From an uncultured Candidatus Saccharibacteria bacterium (GTDB lineage: Bacteria > Patescibacteriota > Minisyncoccia > Minisyncoccales > CAYJUL01): a DNA stretch of 64,000 nucleotides. The notes under the pieces are model-generated. The model worked only from the letters and a program-made list of their open reading frames with translations, had not been told where the DNA came from and did not search any database. This document shows, one piece after another, positions 9,674 through 20,273 of this stretch (its first letter is position 1; each line of letters opens with the position of its first letter). The stretch covers positions 137,076-201,075 of the forward strand of contig CAYNXX010000001.1 in assembly GCA_964401295.1 (NCBI GenBank), read 5' to 3'. The translations under genes and the position numbers were made by a program.

Positions 9674-9678
9674 CGCAT

Positions 9679-9700
9679 AGGGGGTTAATCCCCCTTTTTT
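9679..9700 (+). terminator. Rho-independent terminator
   Basis: AGGGGG-TTAAT-CCCCCT followed by a T run. Confidence 0.65.
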
Positions 9701-9720
9701 ATTGCGGGACAATCGCGGTG

Positions 9721-11565
9721 CTATTCAACGGTGACACTTTTGGCCAGATTTCTCGGCTTATCCACATCACATCCACGGAGCACGCCTGTGTAATAAGCGA
9801 AAAGCTGTAGCGGAATAATGCTTAAAATCGGCGTCAGCATTTCAAGCGTTTTTGGAATATAAATAACGTCATCGGATATTTTTCCAATTTCATCGTTTCC
9901 TTCGCTGGCAATAGCAATAACTCTTCCATTGCGAGCTTTTATTTCCATAATGTTTGAAATCATTTTTTCGTAAACGCTGTCCGTGGGTGCAATGGCCAGC
10001 GTGGGAAAATTTTCATCTATCAGAGCTATCGGCCCATGTTTCATTTCTCCAGCACCATATCCTTCTGCGTGCACGTAAGAAATCTCTTTTAATTTTAGGG
10101 CCCCTTCCAGGGCTATGGGATAGTTATATTTGCGGCCGATGTACAACATATTATCAAATTTCGCATATTTTTGCGATATTGCCTCTATGTCTCTTGCTTC
10201 GTCCAGCACGGCTTTTATTTTTTGAGGCAGAAATTCCAATTCCTTCGCTATCTCTTCTATCTCCTCCCGATCAATTCTAGAGCGCTGTCTTGCGAAAAAC
10301 AGCGCGAGAAGCACAAATACGGCAATCTGGGAAAGAAATGTTTTTGTGGAAGCGACCCCAATTTCGGGACCGGCATAGTTATAAAGGCCAGCATCCGTTT
10401 CTCTTGCGATAGAAGACCCAATCACATTTACCAAACCAACGGTGAGTACCTTTTGTTTTTTAATGTTACGCAACGCTGCGAGCGCGTCTGCGGTTTCGCC
10501 CGACTGCGAAACCGTTAATAAACATGTATGCTTATCGAATACGGGTTTGCGATTGCGATACCGCAGCTCCGAACTATGCTCTACCTCGGTTGGCATTCCG
10601 CCGTACTCTTCAAGCATGTATTCGCCTACCAAAGAAGAATAATACGAAGAACCGGAGGCAGAAATAATCATGCGCTTAACTTTTCGCAATCGATCAAGCA
10701 CCGGCTCCAGTCCCCCAAAAACACCACGTTGCACCACCATGCGCAAACGCCCCCGCAGAGCGTTCTCTACAACTGATGGCGCCTCAAAAATCTCTTTGAG
10801 CATATAGTGAGAGAATCCCCCCCTGGACGCTTCCTCCCAATCCCAATCAAGCTCAAGGTGTTGCCTTTGAATTTGCTCCCCTGACGCAATGACGGATAGT
10901 GTAAATTTTTCAGGGGTTATCACGCCCATTTCTCCATCTTCAAGATAAACTACCTTTTTCGTATGCGGGACCACTGCGGCTGGATCGGAAGCCACAATAA
11001 ACCCTTCTTTTCCGATTCCGACTAAAAGGGGGCTTGATTTTTTAGCAATAACTAATTTTTCTGGATTTTCCTTTGCTAGAATCGCAAGGGCATACGTACC
11101 CTCTACCAAAGGAAGAGCCCGTACGATCGCTTGTTCAAGGCTATTATCAAAAAATTTTTCTATAAGATGACATAGCACTTCTGTATCTGTTTCTGAATAA
11201 AATTGGTGGCCTTCTTGTTCAAGGTTTTTTCTTAGAGATTTAAAATTTTCCACGATACCATTATGGACAAGATAGATATTTTTCCTGCAATCATAATGAG
11301 GATGGGCATTGGTTTCCGAAACTCCGCCATGGGTCGCCCAACGCGTATGTAAAATAAATGGGCAGCCAGCGAGAGGGGCTTTTAAAAATTTATCTTCCAG
11401 ATTTTTTATCTTACCAACAGCCCTAAGAAGCGAAACTTTCCCGAGGTTCTGATCTAAAACTGCCAAACCCGCTGAATCGTATCCGCGATACTCCAATCGC
11501 TTTAATGCCTCCAAGCCGAGAGAAACGTTTTTATTTTTACCGATGTAACCTACGATACCGCACAT
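9721..11565 (-). CDS. glmS: Glutamine-fructose-6-phosphate aminotransferase
   Basis: MCGIVG N-terminus, HTRWATHG, SQSGET, C-terminal PRNLAKSVTVE. Confidence 0.98.
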   Translation of the reverse strand: MCGIVGYIGKNKNVSLGLEALKRLEYRGYDSAGLAVLDQNLGKVSLLRAVGKIKNLEDKFLKAPLAGCPFILHTRWATHGGVSETNAHPHYDCRKNIYLVHNGIVENFKSLRKNLEQEGHQFYSETDTEVLCHLIEKFFDNSLEQAIVRALPLVEGTYALAILAKENPEKLVIAKKSSPLLVGIGKEGFIVASDPAAVVPHTKKVVYLEDGEMGVITPEKFTLSVIASGEQIQRQHLELDWDWEEASRGGFSHYMLKEIFEAPSVVENALRGRLRMVVQRGVFGGLEPVLDRLRKVKRMIISASGSSYYSSLVGEYMLEEYGGMPTEVEHSSELRYRNRKPVFDKHTCLLTVSQSGETADALAALRNIKKQKVLTVGLVNVIGSSIARETDAGLYNYAGPEIGVASTKTFLSQIAVFVLLALFFARQRSRIDREEIEEIAKELEFLPQKIKAVLDEARDIEAISQKYAKFDNMLYIGRKYNYPIALEGALKLKEISYVHAEGYGAGEMKHGPIALIDENFPTLAIAPTDSVYEKMISNIMEIKARNGRVIAIASEGNDEIGKISDDVIYIPKTLEMLTPILSIIPLQLFAYYTGVLRGCDVDKPRNLAKSVTVE

Positions 11566-11723
11566 ACGAAAACTCTATCATCTTTCCACAAAAATTAAAA
11601 GGTGCCTAGCTAAGTTATTTTAAAACTACGGGGCCGTTAAAATTATTGGGGACGGGTCTTATTGATTCGCTCATTAACCATTCTCGTAGAAATAAGGAAG
11701 TGCATTAGGGCAAAATATCTTGC

Positions 11724-14273
11724 TTACACGACAATATTCAGCAACCTACCACGAACAAAGATAATTTTTTTTATTTGTTTTTCAGCAATCCACTTTTGCA
11801 CGTGCGGAAGCGATAAGGCAATTTTCTTTGCTTCTTCTTCACTAATTCCAACCTGCACTTCTATCTTATCCCTTACCTTGCCGTTTATTTGGATAATAAG
11901 ATTTATCCTTTCCTCCGCAATCAATTTGGGATTGTGCTTCGGCCAAGGCTGAATATGCATAGAGCCATGCGCCACTGCAAACTTTTGCCACAATTCCTCG
12001 CTCATATGCGGCGCAAAGGGAGCTAGAAGCTTAAGGAAAATAATCAATTGCGATTTTGTTATCTCTTGCGGTCGTTCTTCAAAAGAGTTAAGTAAAACCA
12101 TCAGCGCGGAAATGGCCGTATTGTATTGCAAATTCTCTATATCTTCAGTAACCTTCTTGATGGTTTTATGAAGCAGCCTATTAACGAATAACGAATCTTT
12201 GGAGGATTTACGAATTCGTTTACTGGTAAGTGATTTGTCATTCTTTAATAAAAATACTCTCCGCACTCTCTCCAAAAATCTCGTAATCCCTCGTATACCG
12301 GTATCCTTGAAATCCCCGCCCTGCTCGAATGGACCTAGAAACATAAGATACATACGCAACGCATCGGCTCCGTATTTTTTAATGTATTCGTCCGGGTTAA
12401 CGACGTTGCCGCGCGATTTTGACATCTTAGCGCCATCTTTGATCAAAAGGCCGTGGGCGCGGAATTTCTTGAAGGGTTCTTCAAAATTTATCACTTTCCA
12501 ATCGTAAAATGCCATTGCCATAAATCTGACATAAAGCAAATGCAGCACTGCATGCTCGGCGCCGCCAATATACATATCAATAGGGCACCATTTTTGAACA
12601 AGCTGCGAAAATTTAGAATCTCCAATTTTTAAGTTCCAATTTTTAAACTTTATAAGATAGCCAAGATAATACCATGAAGAATCCAGAAAGGTGTCGGAAA
12701 CATCGGTTTCACGCCGCGCCCATGCCCTGCACCTCGGGCAGTGGACTTTGTAGAATTTTTCCACGGTTGCAAGCGGAGATTTATCGGTTCCGGTCGGACG
12801 AAAATTTTTAATATGGGGCAATTTAAGAGGAAGATCTTTTTCTGGAACGCTATACCAACCGGGCATACTTTTTTTCTCCCCGTAATCCAGCGAGGCGCAT
12901 TTTCCGCAAAAAATCATGGGTATCGGTGGACCCCAATAACGCTGGCGCGAAATTAACCAATCTCGCAAGCGGTAATTTGTTTGTTTTTTTCCGCCTACGA
13001 ATTTCGTGATTTCCAACTTAGCATCCTCATACCACAAATCGTTAAATTTATCGGAATTCATAAGCCTACCGCCAAATTCATAGCATCGTTTCCCTTGGTG
13101 GATTTCTTGTAAAATCTTCTGGGGATCTTCCGAGGAAACAACCCCAACTAATCGCATATGCTTCCCGGTTTTTTTATCAAATGGACTAATTACACAAATA
13201 ATCGGAAGTCTGAATTTATTTGCAAAATCAAAATCTCGCTGGTCGTGCGCTGGAACCGCCATGACCGCCCCAGTACCCACATCTCCAAGCACGTAATCAG
13301 CAATCCATATGGGTATCTCTTTTTTTGTCGCCGGATTCACGGCAATAATGCCTTTTAATTCTATGCCGTTCTTTTCTTTTTCTTCTATGGTTCTTTCTTC
13401 TAAAGATTTATAGGCCGCGTTCTTTATATAATCTTCAACTTCTTTTTTATTTGTGATTCCCGGCATTAAATTCGAAATCATTTTATGCTCTGGGGCTAAT
13501 ATCAAATAGGTTGCGCCGAAAAGCGTATCTGGGCGCGTAGTAAATACCTCTATTGAAAATTGAGAATTTGAAATCGGGAATTTTATTAATGCTCCCTCCG
13601 ATTTTCCAATCCAATTCCTCTGGGCAGTTTTTATCTTTTCTGGCCAGTCAATTTTATCCAAATTTTTCAGCAGGCGCTCGACGTAATCGGTAATCTTGAA
13701 AAACCACTGTTCAAGCTCCTTTCCGGCGACAACGCTACCACATCTTTCGCACTTTCCGCCGATGATCTGCTCGTCCGCCAAAACCGTTTTACAGCTAAAA
13801 CACCAATTAACCGAAGCTTTTTTTCTGTAGGCCAGGCCGCGCTTGAACATCTGTATGAAAATCCATTGCGTCCATTTGTAGTATTCCGGATCATACGTTT
13901 CAAGGCGCTCACGCCAAGCAAAACTATTGCCCATTGCTTCGAGTTGTTTATAAAATCTTTTTTCAGAGATTTTAGCCTGATGCGCGGGATGCTTTCTTAC
14001 TTTAATGGCATAATTTTCCGAGTGAATACCAAATCCATCAAGGCCTATCGGTTCAAAAACATCACAACCCTGCATCCTTTTCATGCGGCCGTATATATCG
14101 GCGCCGGTAAAAGCATACATATTGCCGACATGCAAACCCCCTGCCGAAGGATAGGGAAACATCATCAAATTATAAAAAGGCCTTTTAGCTTTTTTAAAAT
14201 TTGGCTCGTATAGTTTCTTTTTAAACCAGGCTTTTTGCCATTTTTTTTCTATTCTGGAATGATTATAATCCAT
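11724..14273 (-). CDS. leuS: Leucyl-tRNA synthetase
   Basis: MFPYPS..LHVGN, FTTRPDT editing domain, SRQRYWG, KMSKS. Confidence 0.97.
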   Translation of the reverse strand: MDYNHSRIEKKWQKAWFKKKLYEPNFKKAKRPFYNLMMFPYPSAGGLHVGNMYAFTGADIYGRMKRMQGCDVFEPIGLDGFGIHSENYAIKVRKHPAHQAKISEKRFYKQLEAMGNSFAWRERLETYDPEYYKWTQWIFIQMFKRGLAYRKKASVNWCFSCKTVLADEQIIGGKCERCGSVVAGKELEQWFFKITDYVERLLKNLDKIDWPEKIKTAQRNWIGKSEGALIKFPISNSQFSIEVFTTRPDTLFGATYLILAPEHKMISNLMPGITNKKEVEDYIKNAAYKSLEERTIEEKEKNGIELKGIIAVNPATKKEIPIWIADYVLGDVGTGAVMAVPAHDQRDFDFANKFRLPIICVISPFDKKTGKHMRLVGVVSSEDPQKILQEIHQGKRCYEFGGRLMNSDKFNDLWYEDAKLEITKFVGGKKQTNYRLRDWLISRQRYWGPPIPMIFCGKCASLDYGEKKSMPGWYSVPEKDLPLKLPHIKNFRPTGTDKSPLATVEKFYKVHCPRCRAWARRETDVSDTFLDSSWYYLGYLIKFKNWNLKIGDSKFSQLVQKWCPIDMYIGGAEHAVLHLLYVRFMAMAFYDWKVINFEEPFKKFRAHGLLIKDGAKMSKSRGNVVNPDEYIKKYGADALRMYLMFLGPFEQGGDFKDTGIRGITRFLERVRRVFLLKNDKSLTSKRIRKSSKDSLFVNRLLHKTIKKVTEDIENLQYNTAISALMVLLNSFEERPQEITKSQLIIFLKLLAPFAPHMSEELWQKFAVAHGSMHIQPWPKHNPKLIAEERINLIIQINGKVRDKIEVQVGISEEEAKKIALSLPHVQKWIAEKQIKKIIFVRGRLLNIVV

Positions 14274-14318
14274 ATCATCTATGTTTAATTTAACATACTT
14301 AAATCCTGCGCTTTTGTT

Positions 14319-15131
14319 TTAAATGCGAAATAATGCTTTGGCATTGCGAGTTGCGATTTCCGCAAGCTCCATTGAGCTCAATCTTTTGATCGCCGCAATC
14401 TTTTCAGCGATATATTTTATATTAATAGGTTCATTACGACCCAGCAGGGGCGGCGGCGTCAAATCCGGCGCATCAGTTTCAAAAAGTATCTTATCCGCAG
14501 GTATTTTCTTGATTACTTCGTTAAGATCCAATTTAAAAATTATGCCGTTAAAACCCAAATAAAAACCCATCTCTAGAAACATCTTGGCCTCTGGCCAGCT
14601 ACCAGTAAAGCAGTGTAGCACACCCATGGGGATATGGTTTAAATACCGCAAAATCTCGATCAAATCTCTGTTGGCCATGCGGCAGTGCATTATCAGCGGC
14701 AAATTAAATTCCGCGGCAAGCTTTATGTGTTTTAAAAATAATTCTCTTTGCTCCTCTTTAAAACGTTCCAGTTTTATTTTTGTCTTTGGCTTCCAATAAT
14801 AATCAAGCCCAAATTCTCCTATCGCAACAACATTAGACTGACCGACGAGAATTCTATATTTTTCATAATCAAATTTTTCGGGTTGAAATTCGTTTTGCGA
14901 GGTTTGTTTTATTCTCGTAAAGCCGCTTTTGATATATGTAGGGTGAAGACCGATTGCGGAATAAACACCTTCGGAATATTTTTGAGCGAGCTCAACTGCG
15001 GCTTTACTTGTTGAATAATTATAGCCTGGGCTGATAAGCCAAACTTTTTCTTTTAGGGCGCGCGTGATTACATCGCCAACGTCATTCTTAAATGCCGGCG
15101 AGCCGAGGTGGGCGTGAGTATCAATAAACAT
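14319..15131 (-). CDS. tatD: TatD-family nuclease
   Basis: IDTHAH, GLHP, IGEFGLDY, HCR, HCF, ETDAP; start placed at MFIDT. Confidence 0.93.
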   Translation of the reverse strand: MFIDTHAHLGSPAFKNDVGDVITRALKEKVWLISPGYNYSTSKAAVELAQKYSEGVYSAIGLHPTYIKSGFTRIKQTSQNEFQPEKFDYEKYRILVGQSNVVAIGEFGLDYYWKPKTKIKLERFKEEQRELFLKHIKLAAEFNLPLIMHCRMANRDLIEILRYLNHIPMGVLHCFTGSWPEAKMFLEMGFYLGFNGIIFKLDLNEVIKKIPADKILFETDAPDLTPPPLLGRNEPINIKYIAEKIAAIKRLSSMELAEIATRNAKALFRI

Positions 15132-15133
15132 GA

Positions 15134-16600
15134 TTATATCCTTGGAAAAAAGGGGTCGCCGCGCTGAGCTTTGAAATGCCATGCGGTAGCAGAAGAAGAT
15201 TCTATGCCTAGGTGCCAGAATATTTTTTCCGAGGTCTGGGGCATAAAAGGACCAAGCATACTTGCAATATGCGCTAGAAGAAACAGTAACTCCTTTATAG
15301 TTTCGTCATTGCCTTTTTCCCAGGGTTTTTTTTCATCTATTTGCTTATCGCACCGGCTTATCAAATCCCAAATGGCCTCAAGGGCCTTATTGAATTTAAA
15401 TTCATCGAGCTCTTTTTTGTATTCTTTCCATACTCTTTCGACGGATCGCAAAGTTTGCGCAGTTGGTTTTATTTCGGAATTCTTCAAACCGATTTTTTCG
15501 GCCATAGCCGTAACTCTTGCTACCAAATTGCCTAGCCCCGAAGCTAAATCAGAATTATAGCGCTTTATAAATTTTTTTTCTGTGTAGTCGCCATCTCCAG
15601 TCGGCGGTATTTCTCTTAAAAGGTAATAGCGCACGGGATCGGCTCCGTATTTTTTGATCAATTCAAAAGGATCAATCACATTGCCTATGGTTTTTGACAT
15701 TTTTTGGCCGCCGACGGTGATTAGTCCGTGCACCATCAAAGATTTCGGCAATTCCAAGCCCAAAGAAAAAAGCATAGCCGGCCAGATTATCGCGTGGAAA
15801 CGCAAAATATCTTTCCCAAGGCAATGAATGTCAGCTGGCCAAAATTTCTTGAACTTATCTCTATTTTCGGCGAAGCCCAGAGCCGAAATATAATTGGTAA
15901 GCGCGTCGCACCAGACGTACATTGTCTGGGTTGTGTCATCTGGAACCGGAATTCCCCATTTCAGATCTGCGGCCGGCCTCGAAAAGCTAATGTTCTCCAA
16001 GCCTGCGGCGACAAAACTCAGCATTTCCCTACGCCTGCCCTCGGGAATGATTTTTATTTTGTTTTTCTCAATCGCGTCTTTTATTTTTTTTGAGTATCTT
16101 GTCAGTCTAAAAAAATAATTTTCTTCGTCTATTTTTTCTGGTTCCGACAAATGCAAAATGCATTTTCCATTTTTCAAATCTTTTGAGGTTATAAACGCCT
16201 CATGCCCTACGCAATAAACTCCGCTGTATTTCTTTTTATATATATCGCCATTCTTTTTAAGCATCAACCATACTTTTTGCGCCGCGGGCCAATGCCGCTT
16301 TTGGTCTGTGGTACGGATAAAATCGTTGGTGGAAATATTTAGCGCCCCGAGCAGATTTCTGAATTTGTAAGATATTTCCTCCGTGAATCGCTCGGGGGTC
16401 TTACCTTGTTTTTGGGCAGCTTTGGCGTTCTTGGCACCATGCTCATCCGTGCCGGTTAAAAAGAAAACTTCCTCGCCCAAAAGACGGTGATATCTTGCCA
16501 AAACATCCGCCTGAACCAACTCCAGCGCAAAGCCCAAATGCGGAGGGGCATTTGTGTAGGGAAGGCTTGTCGTGATATAAAACTTATTGGAATTAGTCAT
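15134..16600 (-). CDS. metG: Methionyl-tRNA synthetase
   Basis: HLGF (HIGH-like), GTDEHG, YVWCDAL, KMSKT. Confidence 0.97.
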   Translation of the reverse strand: MTNSNKFYITTSLPYTNAPPHLGFALELVQADVLARYHRLLGEEVFFLTGTDEHGAKNAKAAQKQGKTPERFTEEISYKFRNLLGALNISTNDFIRTTDQKRHWPAAQKVWLMLKKNGDIYKKKYSGVYCVGHEAFITSKDLKNGKCILHLSEPEKIDEENYFFRLTRYSKKIKDAIEKNKIKIIPEGRRREMLSFVAAGLENISFSRPAADLKWGIPVPDDTTQTMYVWCDALTNYISALGFAENRDKFKKFWPADIHCLGKDILRFHAIIWPAMLFSLGLELPKSLMVHGLITVGGQKMSKTIGNVIDPFELIKKYGADPVRYYLLREIPPTGDGDYTEKKFIKRYNSDLASGLGNLVARVTAMAEKIGLKNSEIKPTAQTLRSVERVWKEYKKELDEFKFNKALEAIWDLISRCDKQIDEKKPWEKGNDETIKELLFLLAHIASMLGPFMPQTSEKIFWHLGIESSSATAWHFKAQRGDPFFPRI

Positions 16601-16636
16601 AATAGGAATTATTACAGATTAATGTAACATAGATCC

Positions 16637-17104
16637 GTGATTTTAACACCCCATTTTATTTTCGGCGCACTCCTCGGCCATTTGATTCCGAATAAACTCT
16701 TGGCTCTGGCTGTCGCATTTTTGAGCCATTATGTTTTAGATGCAGTGCCGCACTGGGATTACGATGTTAAAAATCTAAAAGCTAAAAGATGGTTTTCTTC
16801 CGTGGGCGAGCTGGCTGAAGTAACTTTGGATTTTATTGGCGGATTTTTTATTGTTTTATGGCTGGGAGCCTGGCTAGACTTAAGAAATATTTTATGGATT
16901 TTAGCTTCGGGTTTTGCCGCGATTCTGCCGGATTTTTTAACATTTCTAATGATCCTTAATCCGGAAAACAAATTATTAAAAAGTCACCATTGGTTTCATG
17001 GCAAAAAAATCCACTGGTTTAAAAATAAAAATAATTCATTATTGTTTAATATCTCAAGTCAAATTTTAATTATCTTGCTTGCCATTGCTCTAATGCAAAG
17101 ATAA
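16637..17104 (+). CDS. Membrane protein, putative metal-dependent hydrolase
   Basis: H..G, SHYVLDAVPHWD and ILPD motifs with several TM segments. Confidence 0.65.
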   Translation: MILTPHFIFGALLGHLIPNKLLALAVAFLSHYVLDAVPHWDYDVKNLKAKRWFSSVGELAEVTLDFIGGFFIVLWLGAWLDLRNILWILASGFAAILPDFLTFLMILNPENKLLKSHHWFHGKKIHWFKNKNNSLLFNISSQILIILLAIALMQR

Positions 17105-17106
17105 AG

Positions 17107-17778
17107 TTAATTCCGCCGCATTATCACCGTGTATTCTCCACGAAGTGGATCTTTTTTTACCTTATCTACAATATCGCGCATAATACCCCTATAAATAGTT
17201 TCAAAGCGCTTGGTCAGTTCCCGACAAACCACAACTTCCGAATCCGAGTTTACGGCCTTTATCTCTTCCAGAGTTTTTATAATTCTATATGGAGATTCAT
17301 AAAAAATAACTGGGTATTTTGAATCAATAATTTCTTTGATAAATTTGCTCCGGTTTTTCTTTCGTGGCAAAAAACCAAAAAATAAAAACCTAGCCATCGG
17401 AAAACCAGCAATTGATGCCGCACTTGTGAGCGCGCTCGGCCCGGGTATCGATATAATTTCCACCTGCGGCGTAATTTTAGAAATATAATCTACCAGCCGA
17501 TTGCCCGGGTCCGAAATTCCAGGCGTGCCGGCATCAGAAACCAAAGCCAGATTTCTGCCGGTTTTTAATAATTCTGCGATTTGGACGGCCTTGTTTAATT
17601 TAGAATGCTGATGATAAGAGATCGTCGGTTTTTTGATGCGATAATTTGCAAGCAATTTTTGAGTGACTCGCGTGTCTTCACATAAGATTAAATCAACCAT
17701 TTTCAATGTTTCCAGAGCACGAAGGCTGATGTCTTTTAAATTGCCTATGGGCGTTGCTACGATATAAAACTTGGGCAT
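17107..17778 (-). CDS. rsmI: 16S rRNA C1402 2'-O-methyltransferase
   Basis: VATPIGNLKD, CEDTR, SDAGTPGISDPG, RELTK; start placed at MPKFY. Confidence 0.95.
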   Translation of the reverse strand: MPKFYIVATPIGNLKDISLRALETLKMVDLILCEDTRVTQKLLANYRIKKPTISYHQHSKLNKAVQIAELLKTGRNLALVSDAGTPGISDPGNRLVDYISKITPQVEIISIPGPSALTSAASIAGFPMARFLFFGFLPRKKNRSKFIKEIIDSKYPVIFYESPYRIIKTLEEIKAVNSDSEVVVCRELTKRFETIYRGIMRDIVDKVKKDPLRGEYTVIMRRN

Positions 17779-17782
17779 TTGA

Positions 17783-18799
17783 TTATCTAGTATCGGCGCG
17801 CTGGCGTCGCAAAAAATCATGTAAAAACTCGGCAATCATACCTATCATTGGCACAACTAAAATTGCGCCGAGTGCGCCCCATAATTTTCCTCCCACGGCC
17901 AAAGCCAGCAAAACAAGTGCTGGCGAAATATCAACCATTTTTTTGGTGATGGCGGGAGTAAGAATATTGCTTTCCACTTGTTGGATTAATGTAAAAGCGG
18001 CCAGCACGACAAAGGCCATCACTGGCGAATCTAAACCAATAACCACTAAAAGCAAGAAGGCTGTAGTCAGTGGACCAACTATCGGAACGAAATTAGATAG
18101 ACCTGCGACCAAAGCTAGGGTTATGGGATAACGTACGTCGAAAAGTAAAAATGTTATGTACGATAAAATGCCGACGAACAGCGAAGCGATTATCCGCGTA
18201 AAAAACCAGCCGGTAACCCGTCGCTCAGCCCGGCGCCACAAAGATAAAATGCGCTCTTCGTATTCTCCGGGGAAAATAACCAGCAGGGTCTTTTCGATTG
18301 AGTTTACCTCCATGGACAAAAAGAAGGCCACGCTGATAATGAAAAGGGTAGAAAATAATCCGCCAAAAACTACGAATAAGGTACTGAATACATTTGAAGA
18401 AATCTGCTCAACTGTAGATTGGATAATGGTTACGAATGTCTGCGTGTTGCTGAAGGCTTGTATGCCGACCTGACTTAAAATCGGAGAAATCTGCCCGAAA
18501 TATTTTGGAAACGATTGAGAAAAAGCTCTTATCTCGCTAATAAACACCGTAGCGACGTAATATATAAAAAGGGCTAGCAAGCCAAAAATCGCGACATAAA
18601 CGAAAACGACTGACAAAACCCGCGGGATACGCCTTTTATGGAGAAAATCTATAATTGGGTTGAACAGCAAAGAAATTATAAGGGCAAAAACAAACCAAAC
18701 AACGATCTCGCGGACAAGATATAAAACGTAAAGCACAAAAATCGCGATTAATATTTTTATAATCGCCGACCAAGATATGTCCAAAGTGTTTTCTCGCAT
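17783..18799 (-). CDS. AI-2E family transporter
   Basis: Multi-TM; FVPIVGP, QQVESNILTP, WGALGAILVVP. Confidence 0.88.
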   Translation of the reverse strand: MRENTLDISWSAIIKILIAIFVLYVLYLVREIVVWFVFALIISLLFNPIIDFLHKRRIPRVLSVVFVYVAIFGLLALFIYYVATVFISEIRAFSQSFPKYFGQISPILSQVGIQAFSNTQTFVTIIQSTVEQISSNVFSTLFVVFGGLFSTLFIISVAFFLSMEVNSIEKTLLVIFPGEYEERILSLWRRAERRVTGWFFTRIIASLFVGILSYITFLLFDVRYPITLALVAGLSNFVPIVGPLTTAFLLLVVIGLDSPVMAFVVLAAFTLIQQVESNILTPAITKKMVDISPALVLLALAVGGKLWGALGAILVVPMIGMIAEFLHDFLRRQRADTR

Positions 18800-18805
18800 T
18801 TTAAA

Positions 18806-20071
18806 TTAAAGCCTTAAAAGCGGATCGAACTCTCTTTTGTCTTCAAAGGGACCTACAATCGCAAGATTAAGTTTATTGGGCTTAAAAATATCTTTTGCTA
18901 CATGCCGGATGTCACCCGCGCTAACTTTTTTAATTTTTTTATAAATCTCATCCGGAGTTAAAATTTGACGCTCAAGCAAATCCTGCATCCCATAGAAAGA
19001 CGCTTTGGCGTCAGAAGACTCAAGGGACAATGCCATAGTTCCGACCAAGTAATCTTTTGCCTTTTTCAATTCTTTTAATGGGGTTGGTTTTTGCGCTATC
19101 TTTTTATATTCGCGCGAAATCGTGGTAATTGCCCTGCCCACGCTTTTGTTTTCAATGCCGGCTTGCGAAACGAAATATCCCGTGTCCGGATCCAACTCCA
19201 CAGAACTTCTTATATAATAAGCAATGCCTAGTTTTTCTCTGACCTCTATAAATAGTCTCGAGCTCATCATTCCGCCCAGGATCACGCTTAAAAGCTCCAG
19301 CGCATATTTTGCCGGATGCGAAAGATTATAACCCCTGACGCCGAGACATATATGAGATTGATCGGTTTTCCTCGTGTGTAGCAAAAGTTCCGGCTGGCTT
19401 TGCTTTTCGACGACTACTGCCTTTGGTCGGAACTCGCCATCTCGTACAGCCGAAAAATAGTGCTTTGCTTTTTTTATGGCCAAGCTCTGTTTGAAATTTC
19501 CGGCCAGGCACACAATAGTATTTTTTGCCACATACTGGCTTTTCATATAATCGGCCAGTTGTTTTCGTGTAACGTTGGCGACGCTTTCTTTCGTTCCGGC
19601 TACCGGCCAGCCAATCGGCTGATTGCCATAAAGAACCTGCTGCCATAATTCCTGTACATAAGACATCGGGTTATCATAATACATGTTTATTTCTTCCATA
19701 ATAACTCCGCGCTCTTTTTGGATTTCTTTTTCCGGCAAAAGACTGTTAATGAAAATATCTGCCACCCAGTCAAGCGCGATGTCAAAATATTCCGCCTTCA
19801 CCTTAGCCCAATAGCCAGTGTATTCTTGGCCGGTAAAGGCATTATAGACTCCGCCGACCCTATCCAACGTCTCGGCTATCTCAACTTTATCCGGTCTCTT
19901 TTTCGTCCCTTTAAAAAACATGTGTTCCAAAAAATGAGATGAACCGTTAAACTTTTTTTCTTCATATTTTGAACCAGTTCCAACTAAAACCAAAACCGTA
20001 GCAGCCTGCGTGCTTTTTTGGGGAACTGTGATAATCCTTAAACCGCTTTTGAGAATGGTTTTTTTGAACAT
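18806..20071 (-). CDS. M16-family zinc peptidase
   Basis: HFLEH inverted zincin motif, NAFT, LGGMMSSRLF..VRE. Confidence 0.92.
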   Translation of the reverse strand: MFKKTILKSGLRIITVPQKSTQAATVLVLVGTGSKYEEKKFNGSSHFLEHMFFKGTKKRPDKVEIAETLDRVGGVYNAFTGQEYTGYWAKVKAEYFDIALDWVADIFINSLLPEKEIQKERGVIMEEINMYYDNPMSYVQELWQQVLYGNQPIGWPVAGTKESVANVTRKQLADYMKSQYVAKNTIVCLAGNFKQSLAIKKAKHYFSAVRDGEFRPKAVVVEKQSQPELLLHTRKTDQSHICLGVRGYNLSHPAKYALELLSVILGGMMSSRLFIEVREKLGIAYYIRSSVELDPDTGYFVSQAGIENKSVGRAITTISREYKKIAQKPTPLKELKKAKDYLVGTMALSLESSDAKASFYGMQDLLERQILTPDEIYKKIKKVSAGDIRHVAKDIFKPNKLNLAIVGPFEDKREFDPLLRL

Positions 20072-20273
20072 CTTTGGGAGTACATATTCGGAACCATGTA
20101 CTCCTAAAATTATAACTTAAATCCGTGAAATATAAAAGCGAATTCCAGCGGCTATTATTTTACTGACCGTTTGCTACTTGATTGGAAAAAACATTATCTA
20201 AATATAAATCTCTGCTTCCCGGTAGAAAAAATTTCATTACTAACTCTTTGTTTTATTTATTATGAATTCTTGT

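Noticed and set aside
11566-11723. glmS ribozyme upstream of glmS
   Set aside because: The conserved core (AGCGCC...GACGAGG) is not recognisable.
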